NCBI GenBank assembly: GCA_000165425.1
Contig: CT868252.1
Location: 186,001-250,000, forward strand
Direction of reading: 5' to 3'
DNA length: 64,000 bases
Source of the DNA: Paramecium tetraurelia
Taxonomy: Eukaryota
A model generated the notes under the pieces. That model did not search any database, had not been told where the DNA came from, and worked only from the letters and a program-made list of their open reading frames with translations. Positions within the stretch are counted from its first letter, which is position 1. Every line of letters begins with the position of its first letter. Shown piece after piece: positions 13,846-27,512 of the stretch. A program made the position numbers and the translations under genes.

Positions 13846-14040
13846 ATGGGACTTACTAAGTTCTATTATTTAACGGTAAGAGAATAAATAATTTTGTAAT
13901 TATAAACCAGAAGTAATTGTTATCACATAGATCATCAAAGCAAAAACGAATTATAAGCTTTAGACTCTTACAAGTACACCCAGAAAAGACGAATCTTTAA
14001 CGTCGATGTTGAGGAACTAAGAACAAAGGTTGCATATTGA
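13846..14040 (+). CDS. Possible 64-aa small ORF
   Basis: ATG after an A-rich leader, locally higher GC; length is within chance expectation. Confidence 0.2.
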
Positions 14041-14137
14041 TAGATTGCTGTTTATTTTGTATAAAGTAAAGAGAAAATTCTAATGAAGATACGAATTATA
14101 TTATTTCGTCATATTTAATGTATAAAAGGTGATAAAG

Positions 14138-15529
14138 ATGGATGATATTTTTGATAATATATTTAAAAAAATTTCTGCCTATAGAATGAGTGTTGCATCT
14201 GACTCTAAATGCGAAAATGAACCCAATCAGACTTCAAGTGAGGTATATTAAATAACATAAATGTTGTTTTAGATAAAATTCCTTTGGACGCCAAAAGCAG
14301 AGGAAAAACTTAAAGAGCTTCACGTCTTGTAATAAGGTAACTGGAAATCCATAAGCTCAATACTAAATGGTCCTTCGCCGATTGAATGCATGCATAAATG
14401 GCAATAACTTCATCCAGATTAAGTATGTTGTTTATAATAAAGAAGACTCATTCAAGACAACTGTGGTCCCCTTAAGAGGATGAATAGTTGAAAGAATTAG
14501 TATAAAAATATGGAAAAAAATGGAGTAAGATCTGTACAGTAATGAATTGGAGAACAGGAAAACAAGTGAGAGAGCGTTATTTGAATTAGCTTTAAGGGAC
14601 TATAAATTAAGATAAATGGACAGAGGAGGAAGATAAACTGATTCTGAAATTATATAGGAAATTTGGAACTAAATGGAGTTATATTTCAAGTTTTTTAAAT
14701 GGAAGACCTGTAAATAAAATATGTCTATAAATATAGGAAAATATGGTAAAGAATAGGTTTTATGCCAATCTAAAGAGAAGATATCAATGTGATCTAGGGG
14801 ATTCTGACGATGATGATTTTGAAAGGGAATCTGCTATCTCCTCTGATGATGAGAGAATTATACTGTAAAAAAGGAGAAAATTACCTAAATCAACAAAGGA
14901 TGATCAAAAATAAAAAAAAATTTAAGTTAAGGATGCAAATCAAGAAAATCTTTAAAGGATGACGAGATCAAAACTGATTAAATAAAATGATGAAAATAGC
15001 TAAAAATTAGATGGCTCTAATGAGAATGAAAATAATTCTGGTATTCATTTTCAATATACATTAAGGATAGCAAAATGCTAACTCTCTAATCAATAACCAA
15101 ATCACTAATATTAAAAGAGAAAATTTATTAAAAATTGATCACAGTAACATTAATTCTTAATTTCTTCAACAACCTCTTCCTACTTAGACAGCAAATTAAG
15201 AGGCCCAAATATTCAATAATTCTCATATTTTCTAATAATATTCCAATATGGCACTATTGAATTAGTCGAATACAAAAATAGTGACGGATCAAAATTCACT
15301 TTTATATTTACAACAAAATAAATAATCATAATTGCCTTTTGCAATTAATCAATACCCAGGAATTCAAATGATAAACCCCATCTTAGGGTTTGTTTCTCCA
15401 TAACAATAATATGTATATTAGTTACCATGTCAATAAAATTACTTTGATTAGATTAACTATTTTCAAAAATGGAATGAATTCTCTTCATTATACAATAATT
15501 AGTTATTGTAAAGTGGCTTGTAACCATGA
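14138..15529 (+). CDS. Three-repeat Myb transcription factor with Gln/Asn-rich tail
   Basis: WTPKAEEKL...W; WSPQEDEQLKELVQKYGKKWSKI...RTGKQVRERY; WTEEEDKLILKLYRKFGTKWSYIS...GRPENMVKNRFY. Confidence 0.93.
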
Positions 15530-15597
15530 GATTACTAATAAGAATGTAAACAAATTATATATGTAATCGCATTATCTATAAGACATATAATATATAA

Positions 15598-15963
15598 TCA
15601 AATTTTCTTAATTGCCAAATTAAAATTACTCTATTTTATTTCCAGTTTTAATTTGTTTCTTAAATAGTGTCTAAGACTTTTGCTAGTAGAGTCATCATCC
15701 TCAAAATCGGATAAACCTTCTAAACTAACTCTTTTGTTATTAATGAATTATAAAACTTATTCATATAGTTCCTGATAGCTCTCTACAACTATTAAATTCT
15801 TTATCGACTAGTCGTTTTGAATTATTAAGTCTTTTATAAAAATTATAAAAATACCTTTTAAATGTTCCTTCTCTGTTTAAGTAATTAATTCTTCCTTCAA
15901 TAACTGTTGCAAAAGGAAAAAGACTTTTGCATATGGAGAATCAAATTACCCGTATTTTGCCAT
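15598..15963 (-). CDS. Small hypothetical protein
   Basis: ATG 15963, one short intron near 15831-15854, LLKEELITQTEKEHLKDLII segment, TGA 15600-15598. Confidence 0.65.
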
Positions 15964-16871
15964 TAAATATAAATATTATTATGTTATTTTTTAATCAAAG
16001 CAGCATTAAATATTATTTGTATCCAATAATTATTTTTAAGTTTTTTAACAAAATGAATACGAAAAACATATCATTCATCCAATAGATGATAGTAATTTAG
16101 ATATAATGCATTGATATTCATATATGAGGAAATTTTTAAATTTTCAATTAACTGAAAAAGATGACTTTTAAATTAAATTATTAATTAAATTTAGTGGAAA
16201 TAATTGTAATTAAAATGAAGCAAATAAACAGAACCATAATTAAATTGAGATTATTAAATTTAACCAAAGTAAGAGAAATGTAAATAAGCAAAATATAACA
16301 CTAATTTGATTTCCCTATAATTTCAATCTCTACACTTGTACTACCAAAAGTCATCTATTTACTTGGATGTAGACACCATACAGAGCATTAACTTAGAAAT
16401 TAAAGTTTAATGTATTATATATCATATAATATTGGTCATAATACAATTGTGTCTCATTATAAGATACCTTTGAACTGATGAAAATATCAGATTTAATATA
16501 CTTTTAGGTTGAAGGATGTTTTTTAATGCAAATATTATTCACCCATTTAAGTCATAGAATGAGAAAAATAAATAGAAATATTTATTAATAATAATTAAGA
16601 TTTTAATATTTTATTGTTCATGCCTGCATTGTTTGAGTGAAGGTTTATATAATTCAGCTCGTCTCTATCAATCATTTTTCTATTACAATATTATACAATA
16701 TTTGAGATCATAAAATTAGTTTGATAATAAAGAAGTCCTATTAAGGTAATTGATAGAATATAATCGTTTAGAGGGTATAATCCAAAAGGAAAAATTTTTT
16801 AATGACTAAGGTAACTTGGAAGTTAATACTTATTGAAATTTAGTTTATTAAATTAATGATTGATAATAAAT

Positions 16872-18430
16872 ATGTTAAGAAAGGCTATTTTGTTAGGAGC
16901 ATTTACTACTGGATGCACATTCTTTATGCCCCCGCAACAAAAGAAGGATCTTCAAGGATTTACAGCAGGCTTCATCAATTCCTTCTCTGCAATCAAAACA
17001 TGTACAATGACATCTTGATTTAGTAATCGAATCTCTTTATGACTATCAAGTAGAGTTAACCAAATTTGAGTACAATACTGAGGAATATCATCAATAAAGA
17101 TCTATTGTAAGGATATGTATTCTTATTTGTAGATTCATCAAAGAGTTGCTGATAGGATTTTGAGATTAAGCATTGAGAACAAAGGGGTTTATTTAAAAGC
17201 AGGCCAATATATTGGGAATTTGGAGAGAGTTATGCCAAGGTAATTTATAGTTAAACTTAAGGGAATTTACATAAACACTAAGAGTTTTATAAGATCAAGG
17301 ACCTCAGGTGTCTTTTGAAGATGTCAAAATTGTGTTAGAATATGAATTGCAGAAACCAATTTAAGAAATATTTACAACATTTTCTCATAAAGCCATTGCA
17401 GCTGCTTCATTAGCTTAAGTTCATTAGGCAACTTATAATGGAAAAGAGGTTGCTGTAAAAGTACAATTTCCCTAGTTACGAGTTTAATATAGGTATGATT
17501 TAATGATAATACACAATATTGCTAAATTGTGTGATTTTGTTGTGTCAAATACTGGTACAAGTGAATTACATTTTTCTGATTTATTTTCTACATTTCGAAA
17601 GGCTTTGGAGAAAGAACTTGACTTTACTTTGGAGGTTTAAAATGCTGAAATAACTAGAACCAATTTCAAAAATAATACTAGAATTTACATTCCTCAATTT
17701 TATGAATTTTCTTAAAGAGTTATTATAATGGAATTCATTGATGGTGTAAAAATTAATGATGTAAATAAATTAAAAAATCCAAGGGAATGTGCTAATATTT
17801 TAATTGATATGTTTGGATAAATGATATTTAAATATGGTCACGTTCATTGTGATGCACATCCAGGGAATATATTGATCAGAGAACAAAATGGAAAATAATA
17901 ATTGGTATTATTGGATCATGGATTTTACACAGATATTGATCAAGAGATGTTATAAAACTTTAGATGTTTATGGAATAATATTGCTAAATTCAATTATAAA
18001 GAAGTGGAAAAATACGCAACGAAATTGGGCATCAAAAAGGAACATATCGAATTTTTACCATTAATTTTCTTTTATAGAACCATATCATCAAAAAAGAAGT
18101 TGGGGGATGCTTTCAGTGTTGAGGAGAGACAATATTTAAGAAATAAAGATCTAGTAACTTTGGAAAATATAAATGCCTTATTGAGATCGATGCCCCCTGA
18201 GATCATGTTTATAATTAGAGCAGCCAATTTAGTAGGAATTCATAATGCTTTACTTGGAGGTATTTCATATAAGGTATATTAACTAAGGTACTACAAGAGA
18301 CAGACTTTTAAAATTCACAGAATATTCTGTTAAAAATTCAGAAAAGAGTGTTTGGAAATAAAAGTTTGAGTGGATAAAACTAAAGATAGCTCTATTTTTA
18401 TTTGAATTTTTTGGTTTAACACATAAATGA
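16872..18430 (+). CDS. ABC1/UbiB atypical kinase (ADCK1/ADCK5-like)
   Basis: GVYLKAGQY, IAAASLAQVH, VAVKVQ, KELDFTLE, HCDAHPGNILI, LLDHG. Confidence 0.92.
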
Positions 18431-18692
18431 GTATTTTATAATGTAAATTATATCTATTTTATGAATAATCTATCATTTGAGCTAAAAGTTGGTAATCACT
18501 ATTTTACTGATTCAAAATAATTTCAGTATTATTATAAATAACTTTAATATTATTTTAATATAGTAGACTTAATAGAAATGATATGATAAAGTTATCAAAA
18601 GAATGTATTTGAGGTAGATGTGAATGTGTGAAAAAGATATTAATCTATATCCTTTCTTAAAATAATAAATAAATTTATTTAATATATTGAAT

Positions 18693-20130
18693 ATGTCTCA
18701 CAAATTTGTAATTGTTGGTGCTGGTCTTTCTGGATTGAGCAATGCATTTTTCATTAAGCATTTTTTCCCAAAGGCTTAAATAACTTTAGTAGAGTAATCT
18801 AATCGTGTCGGTGGGATGATCATTTCAAATAATAGAAATGGATTTATTTGTGAGGAAGGTCCAAGATCAATAAGAATGGGAAAGTACAATAGACCACTAT
18901 ATCATATTCTAAATAAGATCGGACTTTATAAAGAATGTAAAATAAGTAATCAAATCAATAGTTGTGCCCAGTATTCAGTAGCCATATAGTTATATATATT
19001 GGAATGGGAAATTAAATGCTGTTCCTCTGCAAATGAATTTAGAAACAATATCCTAATTTGTATAGGATAATGGAAGTGGGGATGTCTTTAAACTAATAAA
19101 AGCATATCCGAAGATGTTGTTTAAGAAACTAGATACGGACAATTTGGGAGATTACTTGGAGTTGGTATTGGGAAGGGATTTGACTGAAAAATATGCTGAG
19201 TCCGTATTTTACGGGATCTATGGGGAATCAGTGTATAATTTATCGAAGGCTTTGTGTTACTAGAAGAGTCATATGAAAGGATATGATGAATAGCAAATAA
19301 GCAAGGATTTGAGTTTCGATAAGGACTTTGAATAGGCGAGGGATTAGAAATTGAAAGGAGGTAACAATGATGATTATGCATAGCAAATAGTTATAGATTC
19401 AAAGAAGGTGTAGAGTCTCTACCAAAGAGGATGCATGCTTATTTATAAGAGACATATGAATCGGATTATAAGGTGAAGTTGAATTCGAAGGCTAAGTGTA
19501 TTGATCTGTCAAGAAAGGAATTGGTAGTTGAGAGTAGGGAGGAATAGGAGGAGTAAAGATTAAATTATGATTATTTGATATTGAATGCTCCTACTCATCA
19601 GTTATCTCAGATAATGATTAATTCTAATTTGAATAAGGTTGGGGAGATGTTCAGAGGAGTTAAGTGCAATACATTGGTGACTAGAAATATATGTTGGGAT
19701 CAAAAGATATTGCCTAAGGAAGTATGAAATAGATAGTAATATTAAGTTTAAAGGCTTCGGATATTTAATAAATCCAAAGTAGTAGTAGGTGATTTTGGGG
19801 ATGGTGGCAGATTCACTTTCCTTTCCTTCGTAATATCCTGAGAATGCTACCAATTTATCTGTTATGTCAATATATGATGTGAATGATCATGTGATTTTGA
19901 GTGAGTTGAGTAAACATTTGGGAGTGAAGATTCCTGATCCAAAAGAGATAGTCACTAAAAGTTGGTCAAAAGCATTTACTCAATTTTCACCTGGACATTA
20001 GGAGGAAATGAAGAAGATAGAGTCAGAATTGAATGCAAAAAGTATAATAATAGGAGCCAACAATTACACACTGGCTATCCCAGAATTGGTGTACTTGTCC
20101 TATAGTAAGGTGAAACAATTATATTTGTGA
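18693..20130 (+). CDS. PPOX: Protoporphyrinogen oxidase (PPOX/HemY family)
   Basis: VIVGAGLSGL Rossmann motif, EQSNRVGG, GFICEEGPRSIR, GIYG, GFGYL, W-x-KAFTQFSPGH. Confidence 0.85.
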
Positions 20131-20173
20131 ATAATAATTTTCAGTTAGTGCTTTTAAATTTAAAATATAAAAC

Positions 20174-21643
20174 ATGGATTATGAAACTCTCTTTGCCGTT
20201 CTGCCCAAAGAACCAAAAAAATGGTCAAGGGAAGATGTATCGTAATGGCTCAACTTTGTTGGTTTACAGTCACTGTAAAGCACTTTCAGTATGTATTTAT
20301 TTATAAGAGTAGTAAATAATTCAATTGATGGATCATGTTTAGAATTAATAGAAGAAAATGACTTAATTGATGATCTCGGAATCAATAGTAAGATAGTTAG
20401 AAAAAAGTTAATGCATTGTAAATGTAATTTTAAAGAAAGGGTTGAAAAATGGATTAAAGGAGTACACTTAACATATTAAATCAGTAATGGTTGACGATAA
20501 GCGATGCGATAAGATGGAATAAGAAAACACTTCTCTTGAAAATACAGAATCAGCACAAGCATAATATGGATAAATTAATATATCACATGACATGATGACT
20601 AATTACATTAAGAATAATGAAATGTTATCTCAATAGTTCTAACAGCCATTATGCGAAATGTAATCGCTATACACTATAATCTAGTGAAAACAGGCCCTAG
20701 TTTTTAAAGAAATAATAAACCGGCATTTAATTAGAATAGGAAGTTGAAAACTTTGCACCTAAAATATCAAATGAACTCATTATTCAACCAACTGAAGGAC
20801 CTCAGACTAATTTTTATTGTATAAAGGAATCAGGTGGTAAGATAGGCAGACACTCTAGCAATTAGATATTAATATTGGAAGAAAGCATTAGTAGATTTCA
20901 TGCCGAAATAGTCTTTTAAGATGAAGATGTAATTTGAGTGTTTTATGAAATAGTTTTTCATTAAAGACATTGGATCAACTACTGGCACTTTCATCAAAGT
21001 AGAAAGCAAGTTAGAATTAGAAATTGGAATGGTTATAGAATTGGGCAGCAATTAATTTGAGATTTAGTAGTTGACTTCTAATAATCAAACAGTAGAAGTA
21101 AAGCTATCTTTATCTATTTATAGGTTGTCATGCTTATTATTGAAGGACTTAATTCCTCAGAAAAGCATATCATAGCTTTGAACCCCTAAAAGTGCGTTAC
21201 GACTGTAGGCAGAAAGCAAACTGCAGATCTCACTTTCAGCGAAGATCATCATCTCTCAAATATTCATGCCAAGATCTGCCTTATTGAAGGACGTGTGTAT
21301 CTGGAAGATATGGGATCAACTAACGGGTATACTTATTAAATGTTATGGTAGTTCCTGGTTGAGATTGTCTAAAGAAGGACTGTTCTCATAGTTATATCCA
21401 TTACAAAATCAAACGGCTTTCAAAATTGGAACCACTTCTACATATTTATGTAAAAGAACTACTTAGTTGATTACCGACAAGAATAACGAGAATAGTTGTA
21501 TAATTTGTATAGAAAATGACCGAGATGCTCTATACATGCCCTGCAAACATAATACTGCTTGTCTAAAATGCAGCAAGAATTTAAAAGACTGTCCAATTTG
21601 CAGAACCAAAATCCAAGATGTTATCAGAATCTACAAAAACTGA
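20174..21643 (+). CDS. SAM-FHA-FHA-RING protein (putative phospho-dependent E3 ligase)
   Basis: SAM: WSREDVSQWLNFVGL...IDGSCL; FHA1: IGR..ISRFHA..GSTTGT; FHA2: VGR..LSNIHA..GSTNG; RING: CIICIEN..PCKH..CLKC..CPICR. Confidence 0.9.
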
Positions 21644-21687
21644 TATTCTTATTAGATATATATATAAATTATATATTATTTAAGTTA

Positions 21688-22950
21688 ATGGGATCTATTT
21701 GTGCAAAGGATAAAACAAACAAAATTGTCATCAAAAGCTATGCAAAACCTGGAAATACACCAACTCCTAATGTTCCACCAAAAACCATGAATACATACAA
21801 ATATGTTGGTGAAGAGTTTCAATAAGAAATTGAAAAAAATGATCCATCTTATTCTCAGAAACAATAAAAGTGGAATCAATACTACTAGAGGAAATATGAC
21901 CTATTGAATGATGTGAATTATAGTGCTTTATTAAAAAGATCACCATCGATTGAGTAATTATAATAACAGACTAATGAAGATGATCAATGCAAAGAGCCGA
22001 AATTAAATTCTAACAAGCAGTTTTCAAAGAAATTAATATTGTAGCTAGCATAACAACTTGGTGGCCCTTTCAAATTGACAAATCAAGATATTATAGATGC
22101 TTATCTTCTAAAAGAAATCAATAACGAAGATTTTAAAAACATTCTTATGGATGGAGCTATTTCCAAATACAGATGGAATTTTTGGATGGCTCAAGTTTAT
22201 AGGAACTAAGATTATGATCCTCTTCTTTATTAAAAATTGAAAAATGAAACTCCATCTCAGAAAGTCCTCGAAGATATAACCAAGGATGTCAATAGAACTT
22301 TTCCTTCTCATGATCACTTCAAAGACAACAATTAAGGTTAGCAATAATTATTATCTGTTCTCAAAGCCCTTTCCATTCTCAATGAGGATATTGGATATGT
22401 ATAAGGAATGAATTATATTGTTGGCTTCTCTTTAATTGTCAGCGGAGGTAAAGAGGAGGAAGTCTTTTGGCTTATCCATTTCATTAATACCAATCCTCTC
22501 TTCTTCTGGTGGGAAATATATAGAGTCAACTTTAATTACACCAAAGCTTTGTGTCAAGTCTTCTTAAAAAATTTTTATGAATAACTCCCAGGTCTTTATC
22601 AGCATTTCTAAGATGAAGGAATAAGTGAGTAGTAATACATTTGGCAATGGATTTTAACCTAGTTTTTATATACATTCCCCATCGATAACGTGATTTTCTT
22701 TTGGGATTTCATATTGGCAACCGACATCTTTTCAATCATTAGAATTAGTATAGCTTTTCTTAAGGAATATGGATTTGATTTAGTCAACAAAGACATTGGT
22801 GAAATTTCGGAATATTTTACTGGGTTCATTAAAGATCAATTACAGATAGACATTCCACAAATAATCGAAGCTGCAAAAAAGATAGATGTAAATATGACTG
22901 ATGACTAAAAACAATTCTTTAAAAATTATAAACCTCAATCATCTACTTGA
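21688..22950 (+). CDS. TBC-domain RabGAP with predicted N-terminal acylation
   Basis: DITKDVNRTFP (Arg finger) and GYVQGMNYI (Gln finger); N-terminus MGSICAK; intronless, 420 aa. Confidence 0.92.
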
Positions 22951-23049
22951 TATTACTAAATTTCGATTTTATATGTAAATAAATTTTATAGAAATATTAA
23001 TTTAATATGCTACATTATTTGTAATATTGAAGTGCTGTTCTTTAATTAA

Positions 23050-23667
23050 ATGAATTAGCAACAGAAATTAAGCATCTATTATTCATTGTAATTTAAGCAT
23101 CAACATTAATCTTCCACACCTAAAAACTCAAAGTATTAGGATATAAAAGATAAGTGATATATCAGTATAATTTTGATCCATCTTTAACAGGTATTTTTTT
23201 AACCAGTATGATAACAGAGCTAACATAATAAATATATTAACCAACATGATATCAATAATTTTATATGGCTATTATGATCATGATGTAAAAGAAACCTTTT
23301 AAACATTTGCTATAGATAATTTAAACTTATTCAAAATCATTTTTTGTATTTCTCATTTATAGAGTTGGATCTGATAGCAATTTAGAATAAGAAAATTTAA
23401 AAACAGTTCTATATATCTTATTGAAATAGTAAATGAAAACTGTATTAGGATAAATTTCAATCAAAATTGAAAGAAGCATCTAAAGAAATTCCAGTGTCAT
23501 CTCAATGTAAGAATAACATGTTAAATGGTTATAATAATTAAAGGAAACATAAAATGAGGTAGCCTAGAAAGAAGGATCATTTAAAATATGGATATTTATC
23601 AGAACAGGGCTTGGAGTTAAATTATTGATTGGATATAATATATTGTAATAGTAATAATCAGCATGAA
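23050..23667 (+). CDS. Possible hypothetical gene (structure uncertain)
   Basis: About 100-codon open frame ending at a TGA near 23665; 5' exons ambiguous. Confidence 0.2.
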
Positions 23668-23731
23668 TAAATCAAGAGTAGAATAATATCAAAAATTATT
23701 AAAAATACGTGAATATATCAACTCATAATAA

Positions 23732-24031
23732 TCATTTATACTTAACAATACTTAAATAACAAATCCCTACTCCAGCAGCTGCCAATACTTATGTAGGATA
23801 GCTATATCCCCAATCTTCCATATAGGCGCATGTGATTTAAAATAATGCTAGCATAGGAGGAAAACACAGAGCCTTTGATCCTATGAATTTTGCATAGTCT
23901 AATCTAAGCTAGGATTTTGTCCAAGTTGCGTTTGCAGAGCTGAAGGGATAATCATAGATCCCCAAAAAGATTGAAAATAATAATCCATTACAATAGCCTT
24001 AAATAAGTTGACTTTTTTTCTTTTAATCCAT
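23732..24031 (-). CDS. Small 99-aa multi-pass membrane protein
   Basis: Intronless ORF with hydrophobic segments GLLFSIFLGIY, ALCFPPMLALFQI and VLAAAGVGICYLSIV. Confidence 0.65.
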
Positions 24032-24043
24032 TTTATTATATTT

Positions 24044-26889
24044 ATGAATATATTAATATTATTGATTTTATAGCCATGTCTTATGATATAATTGTTGGAT
24101 GGACTAATAGTAGTGGAATATCAATTTGTTGACTACAACAATATTTAATTTGCTTTAACTTGCAAAACTTAATTCTGGTGTTTAATTGGATTTGGTTCCA
24201 CATATTCAAATGCTGACATTATCAGGATGTCTAATGTTAATGGAGTTTTGAAAATTGAAGACACCCTAGAGCAGAACAAGATTTCGTTTACATCTCCTAC
24301 TGTCGATGCTTAGCAAGATATATATGTTTTGGATGCTTTGATAAATGATACATATATATTTTCTTCGTTTTTAAAATCGACGAACTCAGATGATCCCACA
24401 GATGAATTAATAGACTCTTATAATAATGTTGAAATGTTTTATGCCATCAATGAGAAGAGTATAGATTTTGATACTTACACCTAATTTGGTAGGTTTTAAC
24501 TTCAAACTTATTAATGTCATTATACTTGTGCCACATGTTATGGACCATTTGCATATTAATGCACAATGTGTAATGATAATAGCATCCAAGTTCTGAATGG
24601 CTAATGCAATTCTAATTACTATAATAATGTAACTGAATTGCTAAACAAGCAAATCTTAATAAAGGATGAGTTTATTCTTTAGTGGGAATATGATAAAAAT
24701 GATAATATTATCTTATAGATAGAAATATTCTCATGTGATTGGTTTGGCTTGGGATTTAACAACGATAAGTAAGAATTGCAATTTAATATAGAATGGAAAA
24801 TACTGATATGTTACTCATTACTATAGAAACAATAACCATCAACAATGACAAAGGGTATTATGTCTAGATTGATGACATGTTTGGAACTCAGAATACTGCT
24901 CCATTATCAGACACTCAGTTATTTGGAACCTAAGATTGGATTTTGGATGGCTTTACATACAATAATGTTACAGATTTATTAGTTATAAGAGTTCATCGTA
25001 AATTGGTCACTTCTGATAAATACGACTTTGACTTTTCGTAAAAGAAGGACACCTTGAGTATTTATGCATTTGGTCTAAATGGTCAATAATACCATAGTGC
25101 CAATAGAGGGGCATTTCAATTTGAATTGTCTAAGAATAATTAATCCTATTAAGAAGATTATTGGGACAAATTAGTTCATAATGGTCACGTCATACTCATG
25201 TTATTATTTTGGTCATTTATTTCAGATGTCGGCATATTTTACGGAAGACAATTGAAGAGTTATCCAAAGTATGTTCGAGTCCATGGCATGATATTTCTAT
25301 TCTTATCAATAGTCACCTACTTTTTTGTATTTGGGATGATATCGTAATAATAAAAAAGAATATAACAATTAGGATATTAAGAAACCAAAATAATTCTTCA
25401 CTTTATTCTTGGAGTTGTCATATTATTAATAATGACAACACAAATATTTTTAGGTTTACTAGCGAGAAATAATTTAGAATCCAATAATGGCACATATTTG
25501 ATTTACAAAGTGAAATACATTCATAAATATCTTGGTTACTTATTGTACATAATTACAAAGATACAAGTAATTATTGGAATTACCATATATGATTCCTCAT
25601 ATATTGGACTGTTCATTATCTATTACGTCTTATTGTTTTTAATTAAATTTACCATCGAAATGCTCTATTATTATTAAGTGTCTGCAATGTCTCGAAAGAG
25701 AATTAAATACAGTTAAATTGAATAGGACCAACAAACTCTCTATGAGAGCATTATTGAAAAACTGAACACTGGCACTCCATACTAAGAGATGATAGAAGAC
25801 TATCCTAAAATTACATACATTATTCTAAGAGAAGCAGTCTATGATGTGAGTGATTTCAACCATCCAGGAGGATAATACATCTTCAGAAAAATCAAAGGTA
25901 GAGAAGTTGGACGTTATTTCTATGGATCCTACCCAATTAAAGACACTAAATTACATAAACACTCTTAGTTTGCAATCAATTATATCGAAACTCGTTATTT
26001 AGGAGATTTCAAAAATGAATCATGTCCCATGCTTTACACTGTCTCAGATTTTAAGAAACCATCTCATGTTTGGACATTACAAGAAATTAAATCCATGGGT
26101 ACCAATGTCTCTCTGTTTAAGTTCATTAACTAAGATTTTAAAGTGAATTAAACTATCTAAGGAGTCTAGTGGTTTGGTAGATACTTCTATATCAAACCAT
26201 ATGGCATTGGAATAGATTTCTAAGAGAGACCTTACACAGCTGTTTCATGCTTAAGTGAAATGAATATCAAATATAGGTATGAATTGATTGAGTATCTCAA
26301 ATCAAAAGATTGGACTAAACCTTTGCCATAACTGCCACAATTATCAAACATTTTATAGTTTGTTATCAAAAAGTATAATGGCCAAAAAAACTTAAGCAAG
26401 TTCATTCACACTGCATCTCATAAGAGATTTGAAATCACAGGACCTTATGGCTTTGGATTGGAATTAGATGATCACAGTTCTGGAGTGCATTATGTATTTT
26501 GTTAGGGTACTGGTGTTCTGCCATTTCTGGATCTATGTGATTATCTTCTAAGAAAGGCTATATTTTCCATTATGTACCAGGATGGGTTGCCAATTCAATA
26601 GCAGTATAATTCATTGGACAAATTTAAATTGATCCTCTGTGTGTCATCCAAGACTTAAATTTTGGGATATCCTATTTTATAAGACTTAGAATATTTGAGT
26701 GGCTAATATAATCTAAATTTATTTGAGTTCCACATAACAAAGTTGCATTACACTAAAAGAGACATACAAGATAAATTGAAATATTAGGCTGCAAAGGTTT
26801 ATGTGTGTGGATTCCAATAATTTGAAGATGACTTAATAGAATTGCTCTAACAATGTGGTGTAGACTCCAGATATATAGTATAAATATGA
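24044..26889 (+). CDS. Multidomain oxidoreductase: signal peptide, DOMON, Cys-rich repeat, DOMON, cytochrome b561, cytochrome b5, FAD/NAD(P)H-binding FNR-type domain (940 aa)
   Basis: WFGLGF..MENTDM..YHSANRG; four TM His (GHV, VHG, LHF, IHK); VYDVSDFNHPGG..KHS; ERPYT; GPYG; QGTGVLPF; VYVCG; single intron 24769-24791. Confidence 0.9.
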
Positions 26890-27512
26890 GAGCTATCAAT
26901 CTGCGTTATAGTATTTATTAATCACAGTGTAGAGAATAACTCTCTTTCTTCTGAGATGCATCAACATCTATATCTTTATTATAGATTGCTTTCTTTGTTG
27001 TTGGTTATTTCATAAATTCTTCTTTATTTTCTCTGATTTCTCAATATATATTTTGATTCTTTTAAATAATATATCATCTATTCCACTCTTTAAGATATTA
27101 TTTCAGCTTTTGTAAAATCATCCTTAAATGTATATTCTTTATTTCATACTGTTTCAAATTTCCAGTTAATTCTTATAAATCACTAATACTTTTTGTATGT
27201 AAATTGCAAAGTAAAAACAAAAAATTAATTATTGATATAATAAATTATAAATTATATATGAATTTAGAATTTTTATAAAAATAGATGAGTTAGTTAGGAC
27301 TCGATTCAGTATGTACTAATACGTACAATAAATTTATTTTTAATTTGAATAAAGGTTCATTCTTGAATTTTATTTGGTTGGCTTTATAATTTAATAATTA
27401 TTCACTATCGATTATAATTTCTGGACAATATCTTATTTATCAATTATAGATATTCCTTTTCAATATGTTTTAAGCTCAGCAAATTAAATCTAAATTGAAT
27501 ATTTTCTTTATT

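Noticed and set aside
16214..16478. About 88-codon ORF in the spacer
   Set aside because: With TGA as the only stop, ORFs of this length arise by chance, and it has no motif or coding-like composition.
26960..27190. Minus-strand open frame downstream of the oxidoreductase
   Set aside because: No clear start codon or domain; at most a gene fragment.
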